Shown: positions 14,818 through 27,046 of the stretch, one piece after another
How the letters are laid out: the number at the start of each line of letters is the position of its first letter
How positions within the stretch are numbered: position 1 is the stretch's first letter
From: Azolla caroliniana
Taxonomy: Eukaryota; Plantae; Polypodiophyta
Length of the DNA: 64,000 nucleotides
Direction: 5' to 3'
NCBI GenBank assembly: GCA_043228905.1
Contig: JBHGNT010000005.1
Coordinates: 20,212,001 to 20,276,000 of the forward strand
The notes under the pieces: generated by a model
Seen by the model: the letters and a program-made list of their open reading frames with translations, nothing else
The model's database searches: none
What the model was told of the DNA's origin: nothing
Translations under genes and position numbers: made by a program

Positions 14818-14904
<87 letters not shown>

Positions 14905-14910
14905 TACACA
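10783..14910 (+). mobile_element. Non-LTR retrotransposon (LINE), RTE/RTEX-like: AP endonuclease, RT (788-aa open segment 11434..13800), C-terminal CCHC finger, 3' UTR and (TC)n(AC)n tail
   Basis: VFLVGDFNART, STVDY, GADHS (endonuclease); EQAGFR..STIDHIFTL, CFVDFHKAFDTV, GCPLSPTLF, LLYADDIV, YVYLGVTF (RT); ERLCRLCHIGIEDECHFTCKC. Few in-frame stops. The 5' boundary is approximate. Confidence 0.9.
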
Positions 14911-14912
14911 CA
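14810..14912 (+). repeat. (TC)n(AC)n microsatellite forming the LINE tail
   Basis: Directly visible. Confidence 0.95.
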
Positions 14913-17900
14913 TCTCTTCCGTTACACACAATCACTCTCGTTTCTTTACACAAACAATGTCCAAACTACCATGTCCCATGTGAATAGCGATGGCGGAAGG
15001 TTGTCGACAAATATTCTTAGGAGGCATTGCCATACCAATTGAGACTAAATGCAGTCCCATAGACAATGTTTATGAGTTTCAACTTGCAAATGACAAGCAG
15101 AACTAGAGGATACATCCATCTTATGCAGCCATTGCCAACAAGTAAGCCAACCACTTACATGAAGTATTTGTCGTGACTGTTTTCTTGCCCATAGGTTAAC
15201 CTAGAACTTAGGAAGAAACGTTAGAGTAATATTGTGTTGACTCCGATATTGAAATGCAGTTAATAACACATCTCATCTATTCGACAAAACATGACTTCCC
15301 AACTCTACATTATATTGGAAAAAGTTAAAGTTGTTACTAGGAAATGTCCGATCCGTCCACTGAAATTAACTAGGTTCCATGTGCCAAAGGCATTCCAAAA
15401 ATATCATCCTAGGAGTAAATATCTTGAAGTAGGAGCAAGAGTAATCACCATCTCTACAATCATTCATAGATACTGCAACAGAACAAGCCATATTGAACGT
15501 AAAATACATATAAAAAAAGATGGCCAAAAGGGAAAAGGTCTGAAGATTCCTTCCTAAAACAAAAAAACAAACATTGCTTCATTACAATCAAATAATAGAA
15601 AATATGAAGATAATGACAACAATTTCATACGAGCATTCATGTATGAGATAGAAGAAACATAAATTAAAGATGAATGTGGAGTGAATCACATAGAAGCTTA
15701 TATGGTAGATCATTTTTAGATATTGCAACAAATGAAGCCATACTATTGAACATGAATGTAGAAAGAAACAATAGGAACAATAGAAGATTCCTTCCACAAG
15801 CAAACAATGTTTCTAAGAATATGACGATGGAGACAATAATTTCATAGGGGTGATGGAGACTTTCATACACGAATAACTCAACATCCCTGGCCCTAACATC
15901 CATGTGGTTATCCATGTTTTGAAACTTCTTTGGATCCTCCTCAAAGTCCTTGACTTCACCCCCATGCAATTTCATTACAACGGTCACCCTCCTTGGGGCA
16001 TCACATTGGATTTAAACAAGGGCCCAACACAACACCAAATGGTTAGCCTTTGGTTCCATATCACCATATTACCTTTTATGCTAACAACGTGATTTTGAAA
16101 TATTGATCCACGTGCCCTTTTTTCTCCCCCTACATCAACTATGGTCAAATACCACCATTCATGTAAAAGTGACAAACTACCCATCAATGGGTGGCTAATA
16201 ACATATCTAAATTCTTTACCATCACCACCCACATGCATAATATTTCCCTTTCAACCCTTAACATTGAATGGCTCCAACACCCACATAGACCATCACTTAT
16301 ACTACCTTAATTGTTGTCATAGAGCCCCCCCACTACCACCCTCAAGCAACCTCCATAACAGCTCCTCTATTGACCTCGCCTTCAACGTCTTCCATACCCC
16401 CCCCCCCCCCCCCCCATACTTTTGATTACATTCACATTTCTTCGTCCCTCTCCTTCCCAACCCTACGGATTAGAGTCAAGCATGGTGCACCCAAGAGTGT
16501 GCACTCGTTTGGTTGGGGGGGGGGGGGGGGTGTTAAGCCCTCATCTTACACCACATGTCATGCAAATACAATGGAATCTACTAGAAAATATTAAGGAAAA
16601 TGTGGACGAAGACAAACTTTACTCTATTTGGTTTTAGAAGACATTACTATTAAAATATTGGGCCAAGTGGTTATAACAAAGTTATAAAAGCCATCTTTTG
16701 TGACGTTTTAGCATCTTCTAAGGTAAGCACTAATCACTTCTTTTATTGTATCTTGTTAGGGTGTGATTACTTAATGCTAGTGGTACCTTTAACATGTGTC
16801 CATTGTATGCATGTCTTAATCTAGTTAATATTAAACCTTACATTACGTCTTAATTATCCTATTATTAATGTAGTGATCTTCATAGGAGAGGAAGATACGA
16901 GCTTTTCATAAGCTCGTGTGGGAAGTGTCGTCCATCCCAGGTCCCAAGGATGCTCAAGGTCAATGGAATATTACCATCCGACAATTAATGCACTAATCTT
17001 GAGTTAGGTGTTAGTAATTTGATTTTGGTGTATAATCATATTTATTGGACATAGTACTTAGTCATTAGTCCTAATTATTTCTTGGATGCTTAATTTTTAA
17101 TCACCAGTGTGAATTTTTCATTAATTTTCCCAAAACTTTCAATATTTTTCTCAACTTTTAACTTTTATTTTTATCATCATCATTATATTTTGTTTTATGT
17201 CACATCAAGTTTATTTCCTCTATCGACTAAGAGGAACGGCACGAATGTAATAACATATTCGATACCTTACACTATACCCTAAAAGCTTGAGTTGAGAGCT
17301 CCAACACTCAAGCCTAAAAGCAAGCGTGAGTGGAGACCTTCAAAGCTCGAATCGAGACATTCAAATCGAGGATCTTATATCAAGATAAACACTCTAAGGT
17401 GTTGCAAGACTAATTGACATAGAAAGGAAAGTCCTCCAAGGATGATGTACTCGTAGATCTCTATTATGAAAACTACTAAATAATTTTCCTTTTAGCCTAT
17501 ACACTTGTTATGGTATTCTATGGAGAATGAAACAAGAACCCATTGCTCATATTCCAATTGAATCATAGACCTCAAGTAGTCAAACAATGCCTTATGCAAT
17601 GGACAAAGGTAAAGAAAGGTCTAGAAATGTGACTTCTCAACACATGTGTGGATTATCAAAGGCGTCCAAGGGATGTGCATTCATATTGTGAGAGGACAAG
17701 TCGACCAAATGCAAGCCACCTCTAATTGAAACTACAGGTTAAGAGTGCTTTTCATTTGCACATGGAAGTGTTTCATCTTGTTATTTACGAAGTTATTCAT
17801 CTATTACTTTTCAATTCCCACCACATTGCCCAAAAGTTTGTGAGAGAGCTAATAATATATTTTTCTTTGTGCAATTTAGAGCTAGAAGCACACCACTATT

Positions 17901-19582
17901 ATATCACATTTTCATTGTTTCTTCCAAATCTATGAATCATGTGAGAAAACACATTTGATGTCATCAATGCATTTTCATACGGCATTCTTTACATTTGCGT
18001 AACTATCTTGCTATTTTTTGTTAGTACTAAGGGCCACATAAATGCACAGAAGAAAAGAGGGAATAATGAACACATGACTTAACCATGGATGATGTGGTGG
18101 AATCATAACTACTTACAACCATATTCCTTTAATTGGTCGAATCACATCATTTATTATATTTGTATAATTTTAGTCGTCCTAAATTTGTCACTTGTCCACA
18201 TTTGCGCCATAGCTAGTTAATATCTACCATTACCTTTGGTATGGAATGGTACGTCCAACTCATATTATTATTTTCCAATTTGAATGTGAAAATGTGTAGC
18301 AACTGGATGTGAATAATGCAATTCACAAAGTAGCCACTCGATAGATATGTAAATGACCAAAAACTGGTACCCATTCAATATTTAAATCTAACACAAATGA
18401 TAGACAAAAGTAACCAAACCACATTTAAGAAACATGACAACACTCTCTAGATTAAAAACATTTACAACACCATTTACAAAGAGTCACAAGATATTTAAGA
18501 GTACACGTAGGCAATTAAGTGTCCAAAGGTCCTAGGAAATTGTCAACAATCAAGATATTGGAAAGCATTACCATAGAGCAAAGTACTAAGGTTAGAAACA
18601 TTAACTTGTTGAGCCAATACCGATTTAATTCATCAAGTAAATAAGTATAGAAACAATTTGTTAAACACAAAAAAAAAAAATTGAGGTTTTAGAGCTAGAA
18701 ACATAACTACTTTTAAGGGTAAAAGATATTTCTATGTATACAATCTTTTGTACATTACGTAATTAATGACTTTGCACATTCCGAGTCAAAAGTATTGAAA
18801 AGAAAAGTTTCGGCGTTGGATACCATGGTACATTTGAGACCTCAACTCATCCACCAAATGGGTATAGACGAGATTTGACAACGCCAATTAGGTGCCACAA
18901 GAACGAAGATGTCATCGGCTTATACGGAAAGCCAAAAGAAAAGGGATTCCAATTTCCATCTATATGTGGAAAAGTACCAACACGACCTGCGTAAAGAAGA
19001 TAAAGCAAGAAACTTGAAAGTCCTTAAACAAGGCCCAAGGGCTAAATTGTAAGAAAAAAGAAGAAGCTCATTCTCGGTACCTATAAAGATAAAAGAGCTC
19101 AAAAAAAGGCTGTGAGAGTCTACATGCTTTCTTGCATTGTTGTCTACGGTGTTAACAATTCTATTGAAATCTAAATTTCTCATGGTGTTCTTTTAGGAAT
19201 TCCGAAACTCAAAATGAAAATGAGATGTTTATCGAATTTCATGGTGTCGTTTAAAAGGATTTCAAAAACTCAAAAGGTTCATGAGAAGGTTTATCTATTT
19301 ATGAATCTAAGGGTTTTAAAGTCCTATGGTGTGTTTTTCAAAGTCTTTTTGAGATAAAAAATTCAAGGCTTCTTTTATGGTGTCTGTCCTTCAAAGTAGT
19401 TCGAAGAACTCAAAGCTCCTTATCGGCTAAACATTGGGAGCTTGAAATTCTTGTTCCAATAAGACGGTCCCAATTAAAAGAGGATAGAAAGACTTTCATG
19501 GGCTAGAAGAAAAGGTTAGGATTTAAGCATGCTCATCGTTTTATATGGTACGCGAAGATTACGGAAAGTTGGGTACCTTTCT

Positions 19583-22501
19583 TTATCCTTTATGCTCTTC
19601 TTCGCCTTCTTCAGAGCAATGGTCCAAGAGCAAGTTCTAAGTAAAAAAAAAGAGAGAGAGGAAAGTTACCAAGTAATTCTTTATCACAAGAGTTTTATGA
19701 AAAGGAGAGAAAGAGAGTGGGTTTCTTTTTATTACCAATCTTTCTTTTTAACATACCTTTACTAGTTTCTCGAACTCTAGCCTCAATAACTCGGTGGCTT
19801 TTTCGCTCTCTTTCCTCAATTGCGTCGCACGAGTTAGCATGGTTCTGTCTCAATGCACCAAAGCTTCTTTCAATGAGAAAAGAGTTATGAAGTGTTTTTT
19901 TTTTTCATTTTTTGTTATCTGATTGTGGATATCTTCCTTTTCATTTAATCATTCGGAAGTTGAATTCGAGTTTTTGTTTTGTCTAGTATATCTCAATGGT
20001 TTTAACATTTAGAGCAAATGAAGTAACAACATTTGAATGGATTTCTCGCTTTTTCCGGAAATTTTCTTTTTCTTTGGCTTTCATGAAAACACAATTGGAT
20101 GGAATCTTCTTTTTAAAGCGTTTGCACACGTTTGATTGTGAGAGGGAAATTTTTAAAAAATCTTTACCTTAAATGCAAGACCTCCTCTGTAAGTTTGTCG
20201 TATTTTAGCCGCAATTCCTCGAAATCTTGTGTTTTTTGAGTTATTTGAAGACGATCTGCAAACATATCATTGTGAAACCTATGCAATTTAGAGTCCTAAT
20301 ACATATGTGTGGTGCAATTGACACTAGAATGACAATATTATCATCATCAGCCTCACAATTTTCCACTTCTTGCTCTGCTTTATCTTTTTGAATCACGAGC
20401 TCTTCTATGCTCTGGAGATTGAGATCTGTGGCAGAATTGCAATGAAAGTCATGGAGAATTTTAAAAGAACTGACGTGATTAAGATAGATTAATGGTGAAT
20501 CAGGTGTGCGTGTGTGTGTCCTAGCTAATATTGAGTTAGTCTATTTAATCTAATTGTTCTATGTAACAATTCTAATCTGTAAGATATTGATAAGACTTAT
20601 TGTGTATGATCTAACTAATCTCATATACAACAATCCTTCTGATTAAGGTAGATTGGCAACGAATCGAAATGTGTATCTTCTACATTTTAGTTATGTCCAC
20701 TTAATCTTATAGCTCCATGTAGCAATCCTTCAGATAAAGGCAGATAGTAATGAATTGTATGTGCATGCTCGATGTAACAATTCTTCTGACTGAGATATAG
20801 TTTAGAGATATATCTAATGTGTATGTTACAGTTACAAAGTTTATTAAGCCCAAGAGCTCTATGTAGAATCCTTTGGATTAACATGTTCCTGATTTCTCTA
20901 TAGCTATAAATTTTGGCACATTTATGTCCAATTGTTTGAATGTTTCTAAGTATCTGACATGTCCTAAATATGTTTCTTTTGTTGGGTTTGCTTCAACCTC
21001 AACATATATGTTTTTGTGGGTTTTCTTCAACCTCAAAATTGAAGAATTAACACGTAGCTAAAAGTATCCATGAATGCTCCATGAATGCGACACGGAAAAG
21101 AAGTAAAAACAAAGAAAATGAAACCTTACCAGAATTCCGGACCATCACGCCCACATGCATTATGCCCGACTTGTCCTTGAGAAGTGTGGCACGATCCATG
21201 GACCTCGGGAGGTGGCATAGCCCGTAAAACTCGAGATCTTCCTTCACGATGCCAAGGGCCGATGAGCATTCTTCGCTCACCTCTCTCATCAGCACCTCCG
21301 CTTCACCTACTACTACAGCCGGCTCATCACAGGATGCATTAGATACCATTTCATGATTTCCTCGTAATGCATTTCCCGAAGATGATCCTAATCCCGAAGA
21401 TACCATATCATTAGAGCTCATCGTTGATACATTTCTCTCATCTGATACCAGATCATTCGTTTTCATCATCGATGCTTTTCCGGAATGTGAGCTTGATACC
21501 ATATCAACATTGGCAATCAGCACATTTCTTGTAGAGGATCCCATGCCTGACATCATATCAACATTGCCCATCAATACACTCCTAGAAGGCAATCCGGATA
21601 CCTTATCACCACTACTTATCGCTACATATTGTGACGGTTCCTTATCATTACTACTTATTGATACATTTCTTGCATTTGAACCCAAACCTGATATGTTATA
21701 ATCACTACTTATCGCCACATATTGTGACAGTTCCTTATCATTACCACTTATCGATACATGTCTTGAATTTGAACCCAAACCTGATATGTTATCATCACTA
21801 CTTATCGCCACATATCGTGATGGTTCCTTATCATTACCACTTATTGATAAATGTCTTGCATTTGAACCCAAAACGGATATGTTATCATCACTACTTATCG
21901 CTACATGTCGTGACGGTTCCTTATCATTACAACTTATTGATACATGTCTTGCATTTGAACCCAAACCTGATATGTTATCATCACTACTTATTGATACATG
22001 TCTGGAAGGTGAGCCCAAACCTGAGACCATATCATTATTACTTATCGATACATGTCTTGAAGATGAGCCTGACACCATACTATGGTTCTTGGGGTGATCT
22101 GAAACTGCCTTTTCAGAGGCACTTTGCTTCCCTCGGCCTCCTTTCTTCCGATTTCCTTTCCTTTTTGTTTGCGATTTGTGATGCAAGGAGGTTGAAGAAG
22201 AAGAAATAGACTTCGATTGAGGAGAAGAAGGGCTTGAACCCACAACATTACTCATATTACTAACGTTACTCACATTGCTCACTGTACTCCGGGGGGAAGC
22301 GAAATCCCTTGGACAAGAGGAAGAATTATAATTAGAGCCTCCATCTCGCGAAGTCAAAGCAGGGGAAATGCATTCGTTGTCTTTGGTTTCTATGGCAAAA
22401 TTATCTGATGTAGCTGGGGAATCATGGTGAATCTTCTGGTTCCTGCTTGAACCTTTCTCTGTGAAGAAAGCATGAGATATGACTGACACATTGATGGTCA
22501 T
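19583..22501 (-). CDS. Unknown ~556-aa protein with a Ser-rich disordered N-terminus, 31-aa tandem repeats and a C-terminal coiled coil; exons 22501-21130, 20425-20357, 20255-20168, 19844-19757, 19636-19583
   Basis: 484-aa ORF ends past a G|GTAAG donor. Four further GT-AG exons join in consistent phase, giving DLNLQSIEELVIQKDKAEQEVENYRLQITQKTQDFEELRLKYDKLTEEVLHLRTMLTRATQLRKESEKATELLRLEFEKLVKNLLLDHCSEEGEEEHKG*. Confidence 0.75.
21600..22070 (-). repeat. Coding tandem repeat, 93-bp unit, ~4.5 copies plus degenerate flanking half-units
   Basis: gcatttgaaccc recurs at 21858 and 21951 (93 bp apart). Protein unit RHVAISSDDNISGLGSNARHVSISGNDKEPS. Confidence 0.9.
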
Positions 22502-23401
22502 CGTTGCAGTGGCAGTAGTAATAGCAATTTTAAAGAAGCTAGAGAACGCTCTTTCAAGTACGGAGACCTGCTGAATAGAGCATTTAATGTTATGCTTTTG
22601 AATTCTTCTCCGAAGATTACTTTGGGGTATAGGTTTAGGATTGTTAAACTTTTTGAAATCCTTTTTGCAGATGTTTTAGTGTTGGGTTTCGGGTTTTAAA
22701 ATCTTCTCCTCTGGGTGTTTAATGTCGAGGGTTTGGGGTTTGGATTAGGATTAGGATTAGGATTAGGCTAGGGTTTTGAAATCTTCTCTGAAGATTTCTC
22801 TGGGTAGATCATGGTGAAGGTTTAGGATTTTGAGGTGTTCAATGCTTATCTTATCATTCACCAGGTTGTTTTAAGATTTCTTGTTTCGGATTTAGAGTTA
22901 GAGGTAAGGTTTAAACCTTCTCTAAAATGCAAATGGGTGATTAAGAGTTGGCTTTAAGGATTTGATTCCTTTAAACTTCATATTTGTGTGAGCGCTCTTA
23001 GGGTTAATCCTTCTCTCGAATACCTGGGGTGTTTCAAGTATAGGGTTTAGGGTTAGAAATCAGGCTTAGAGTTAGAAATCAGGCTTAGGCTTAGATTTAA
23101 GCAAGGGAAAGATATACGCCTATAGACCTGTATAGGATTAGATTTATTTTTTTTCTTGTGCTGTCTGCATACATGCATCCACTGTGCTGAAACTAGGGTT
23201 TGGGTTTTCTCCTTCTCTTTCTCCTGCTTCTGCTTCTGCAGAGAGATAGAGATAGAGATAGAGAAGAGAAGAGAAAGAAAAGGAAGAAAGGAGGGCATGA
23301 ATTCAAGTGAAATGGAAAGAAAAGCGGTTGAGCAACCAAAAAGTGTGAGAAGAGGCTCAAAGTTCTCATAAATTACAAAACTATGCTTTAGGGAAGTAAT
23401 G

Positions 23402-23403
<2 letters not shown>

Positions 23404-23440
<37 letters not shown>

Positions 23441-23730
23441 ATGGAGACCTCCCTACACTCATGTATGTATGTATGTATGTATGTATGCATGTATGGGTGT
23501 GTGTATGTATGTATGTATGTATGTATGCATGTATGGGTGTGTGTGTGTATGTATGTATGTATGTATGTATGTAAGTATGTATGTATGTATGTATGTATGT
23601 ATGTATGTATGTATGTATGTATGTATGTATCTATGCATGCATGTATCTATGTATGTATCTATGTATGTATCTATGTATGTATGTATGTATGTATGTATGT
23701 ATGTATGTATGTATGTGTGTATGTATGTAC
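23404..23730 (+). repeat. (CT)n followed by a long (ATGT)n microsatellite
   Basis: Directly visible. Confidence 0.95.
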
Positions 23731-23759
23731 ATATATTGTGATCCGAAGATTTCAATTTA

Positions 23760-24100
23760 CTTGAACCCCTGTGCACCTCATTCCAATGCCGATCCTACAG
23801 ATCATGATCATGAAAAATGATGCCCCAACGCATTTGCCGAAACCCTCGCACGCCCCTCATTCCAATGCCCAAACCAATGAAGGCGTTTGCTTGAACCCCG
23901 TGTTGTCTTCAATACCAAATCAATGAAGGCATTTGTCTCAATCCCTCTCATTCTAATGCAAAACCAATGAAGGAAGGCATTTGTGTGAACCCATGCGCGC
24001 CTCTTTCCTATATGCCAGACCAATGAAGGTTTAGGGTTCAGGGTTTAGTTTGAACCCCGCACTGATTCGAATACCAAATCGATGAAGGCATTTTCGCCGA
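23760..24100 (+). repeat. Degenerate short tandem repeats (ccaatgaaggcatttg...gaaccc units)
   Basis: AATGAAGGC/GAACCC motifs recur about 5-6 times at ~45-60 bp spacing. Confidence 0.5.
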
Positions 24101-24235
24101 TTCTAGGTATAGTGGGGATTGATGAAAGTGTGCTCCTACTTGAACCCCCTTCACAACCCAATCCTAACTTGTCCAAGTTGAGACTCTTTTCCCTATACTT
24201 CTAGCTAGTCATCCCATAACCTGCAAGCATAGCTC

Positions 24236-25630
24236 TAGACAAAGGTTATCGTGGGGAAAAATGACAAAAGGTCCTACAAAAACAATTCAGACCTGGCAAT
24301 GATTTGTATTGCATTCATGGGAAGAGCAAAATGAATTTCTAGGTAATATGCATGGTGGCCAAATAATGTATCAACAAATTCAAGACGCTATGAGTAGACT
24401 CCCCATACCACCCAATAACTGTAACCATAGATGGGTTGGGTTTTTTTCAAGATTGGAAGTACACTTGGTTGTTAAGGGGTATTCATATGATAAGACCTTC
24501 CGGTCTTTTGAGGTGGATGAAACAAACCAATTGTCTCAGTCGGGGGAAATGGCGATAGATTACCCTTATGCTATTGAACACAAGATAAGGGTCATCGGAT
24601 ATGCCGACCGTAAATGGTATATTGATCCAATGATAGAGGAAATAAGGGCACATTGGAAGTTGTGGGTGTTGGCCAAAAAACCGGTATTAAGATTAGATTG
24701 GAACCCAATTGATTATCAGTGAATAGATCCTTTTACGAGTAACAAGTTCAATTTCTTCCAATATTCTGTACAATTAAGAAGTCGTGTGCTTTCAGATACA
24801 CAGGATGTGTTACCAGCTGCATTTCAATATTGGAATCAACAAGGTATTACTCCCCAATTCCTTGCATACTTCTGGGTTATATTATGGGCAAGAAAACAAC
24901 CACACCAAATTTTGCATGTACAATGGTTACTGGTACACCGAGCCTTGCCGGTTGGCACATGGTTGCATAGGATGGGAGTATCTTCTAGTTGTGCTTGATG
25001 CCATTTACAAACAGAAATTCAAAACCATTGTTTATGGCAATGCATTGAGTCTCAACCGATATGGCAACGTCTCCTTAGAATTTTTGCTAACTATTTTCCC
25101 CCGTTGGTTTTCACTTGGGGCATGGTGGTTTGGACATCATTTGTCTGTGAGGCGTTCCATTATGATACCGAATCTATGGACCATGGATTTTACACTAAAT
25201 CTGGAAGTGTTCATACATTACCATTGCTGTCATTACAGTTTTCAAGAATACGAAAGGAAGTCCAACCAGTATGGGAGATACTGAGTAGTACCACTGTGTA
25301 TCACATCTGGAAGGCTCGGTGCTCTCTCATTTTCCATCAACTTAAAACATCACCAACTGAATTGGTTTCAAATATCTGGTTAGACATAGTTCATACTTTG
25401 AAGGGACAATGGGATGATATAGTTGGAGATTCTGATGCTAAAATTGCTCAACAGCATGAGTTTATTATCAGCTGGACAGCTACTCCATTCATGACATCCA
25501 ATTATAGTACTCCTTATTGCCATTTTCAACCTCCGAAGTGGTTGTTTTCCCTACTGATCACATAAAGTTTAAAAATCTTGTAAAATGTTTACACTAATGA
25601 CAAGATATCTTCTTTAAAAAATAAAATAAA
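24236..25630 (+). mobile_element. 5'-truncated L1-clade LINE (zf-RVT C-terminal region) with A-rich tail and 15-bp TSD
   Basis: WLLVHRALPVGTWL...C..C....E...HCLWQC and HIWKARCSLIF motifs; tail aaaaaataaaataaa; identical CTGCAAGCATAGCTC at 24221-24235 and 25631-25645. Confidence 0.9.
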
Positions 25631-26525
25631 CTGCAAGCATAGCTCATCAACTAGGCTTGTTATTATTCCTCCCCAATGAGTGCATGTTGCCCATTTTCTA
25701 GTCATATGTATGACTAACAAAATAGGAACTCTTCAAGACAGAAAGAATGCACTCCTTTGTCGTTTGATAGGAGTTTCATGATTGAATTGTTAGATTAGTT
25801 GATAAGTATTACTAGCAAACTACGACTCATTAAGAAAAAATGCACTCATGTGCCATTTCATAAGAGTTCCGTGATTGAATTGTTGCCTTAATGAACTCAA
25901 ATCTTCTAATTATTGCTTCAGGTATAATTATGTGTTTGATCTTTCAACATATTTTGGTCATTTTTTCGAGACAAACAAGCATACTTAAAAGAAATGACTT
26001 TTCTTTAAAAGAAATGAAACGGGAAGACAAAAAGAAGAATTTTGTACTACCAACATGGTAGCATGGAATTGAAGTACAAAAATTGTGCACTTACACATGG
26101 CGATACACGACTAGTGGTACCAAAGTGAAGCGCTTTCACGCACAATGTGCATGTAAAGTGGGAGGACCAAAGTAAACTTTTTCATGTTGTGTGTGTGGAG
26201 TTTACAAATGACTCTCAATGTGGCACATTTTTACCAAAGGAACGTTGCAATTGAGGAGTGCATGTTGTGAGTCGTGACTGACAAAGAAATGTGTACACTG
26301 TTGAAGTGTATTGTCTGTTGTGTGTTCTTATGGCTTTCTTTAATTATATCATTAATCTTAACTCTTTATGCAATCAGGAGCCTTAAGTTTGAGCTGCAAG
26401 CATACACACATGTAATTGTGCAAACAAGAGAACAAGCATATATTTTGAATTTCAAATATCTCTACACATATTCCCCTTAAAATTTTCGTTCAATACAAAA
26501 ATGGGTAGTTGCCAGTAGATGAAGG

Positions 26526-26929
26526 TAACAATCAGCAACGGTTCAGTTCAGTTTGAGAGGGTCCAAACCGAACCATTTAGAGATGTTGAAACCTGAACTG
26601 AACCACGAAACCGTTAAACAGAACCATTAAAAAAAATTCAAACCATTAAGCCATTAAACTGGTAAAACCGCGGTTTCGTGGTTCGGCTTCGGTTTTCAGC
26701 TTAGGTCAAATTTTAAATTTAAAAATTTAAAAATTTTCCCAAAATGTGAGAATAAGGCATGAAAATGAAATGATTATTTTTAAACAATTTTTAAAAAAAA
26801 ATTTACAATTGTTTTACAATTTTTTTAAAAAAATTAAAAATTAAAAATTAATAAACCGTTAAACCGTTTAAACTGTTGAAACCAAACCGAAAACGGTTCG
26901 GTTCGGTGCCGAACCATTGCCGATTGTTA
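26526..26929. mobile_element. Non-autonomous hAT-type MITE (404 bp)
   Basis: TIRs TAACAATCAGCAACGGTTC / GAACCATTGCCGATTGTTA; 8-bp TSD GATGAAGG at 26518-26525 and 26930-26937; subterminal AAACCG/GAACC repeats. Confidence 0.9.
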
Positions 26930-26999
26930 GATGAAGGTTAGATTGCCCTTTCATATTCTAATTAGCTATAGGCTATTCAATGGCATATGGCATGTCCTT

Positions 27000-27046
<47 letters not shown>

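Noticed and set aside
15000-18000. Possible DNA-transposon exon remnants
   Set aside because: No recognisable catalytic motif or termini could be supported by eye.
18845-18990. Extra coding exon for the orphan gene (GRVGTFPHIDGNW...)
   Set aside because: It has a good acceptor, but the in-phase model already stops at 19583. More likely a 3' UTR exon; left uncalled.
21600-22070. CRISPR-like array
   Set aside because: Contiguous in-frame tandem units with no unique spacers, in a eukaryotic coding exon.
21510-22209. Plus-strand ORFs over the 93-bp repeat
   Set aside because: Antisense shadows of the minus-strand coding repeat.
23399-23820. MYVC/YIHT repeat ORFs
   Set aside because: Translations of the (ATGT)n microsatellite.
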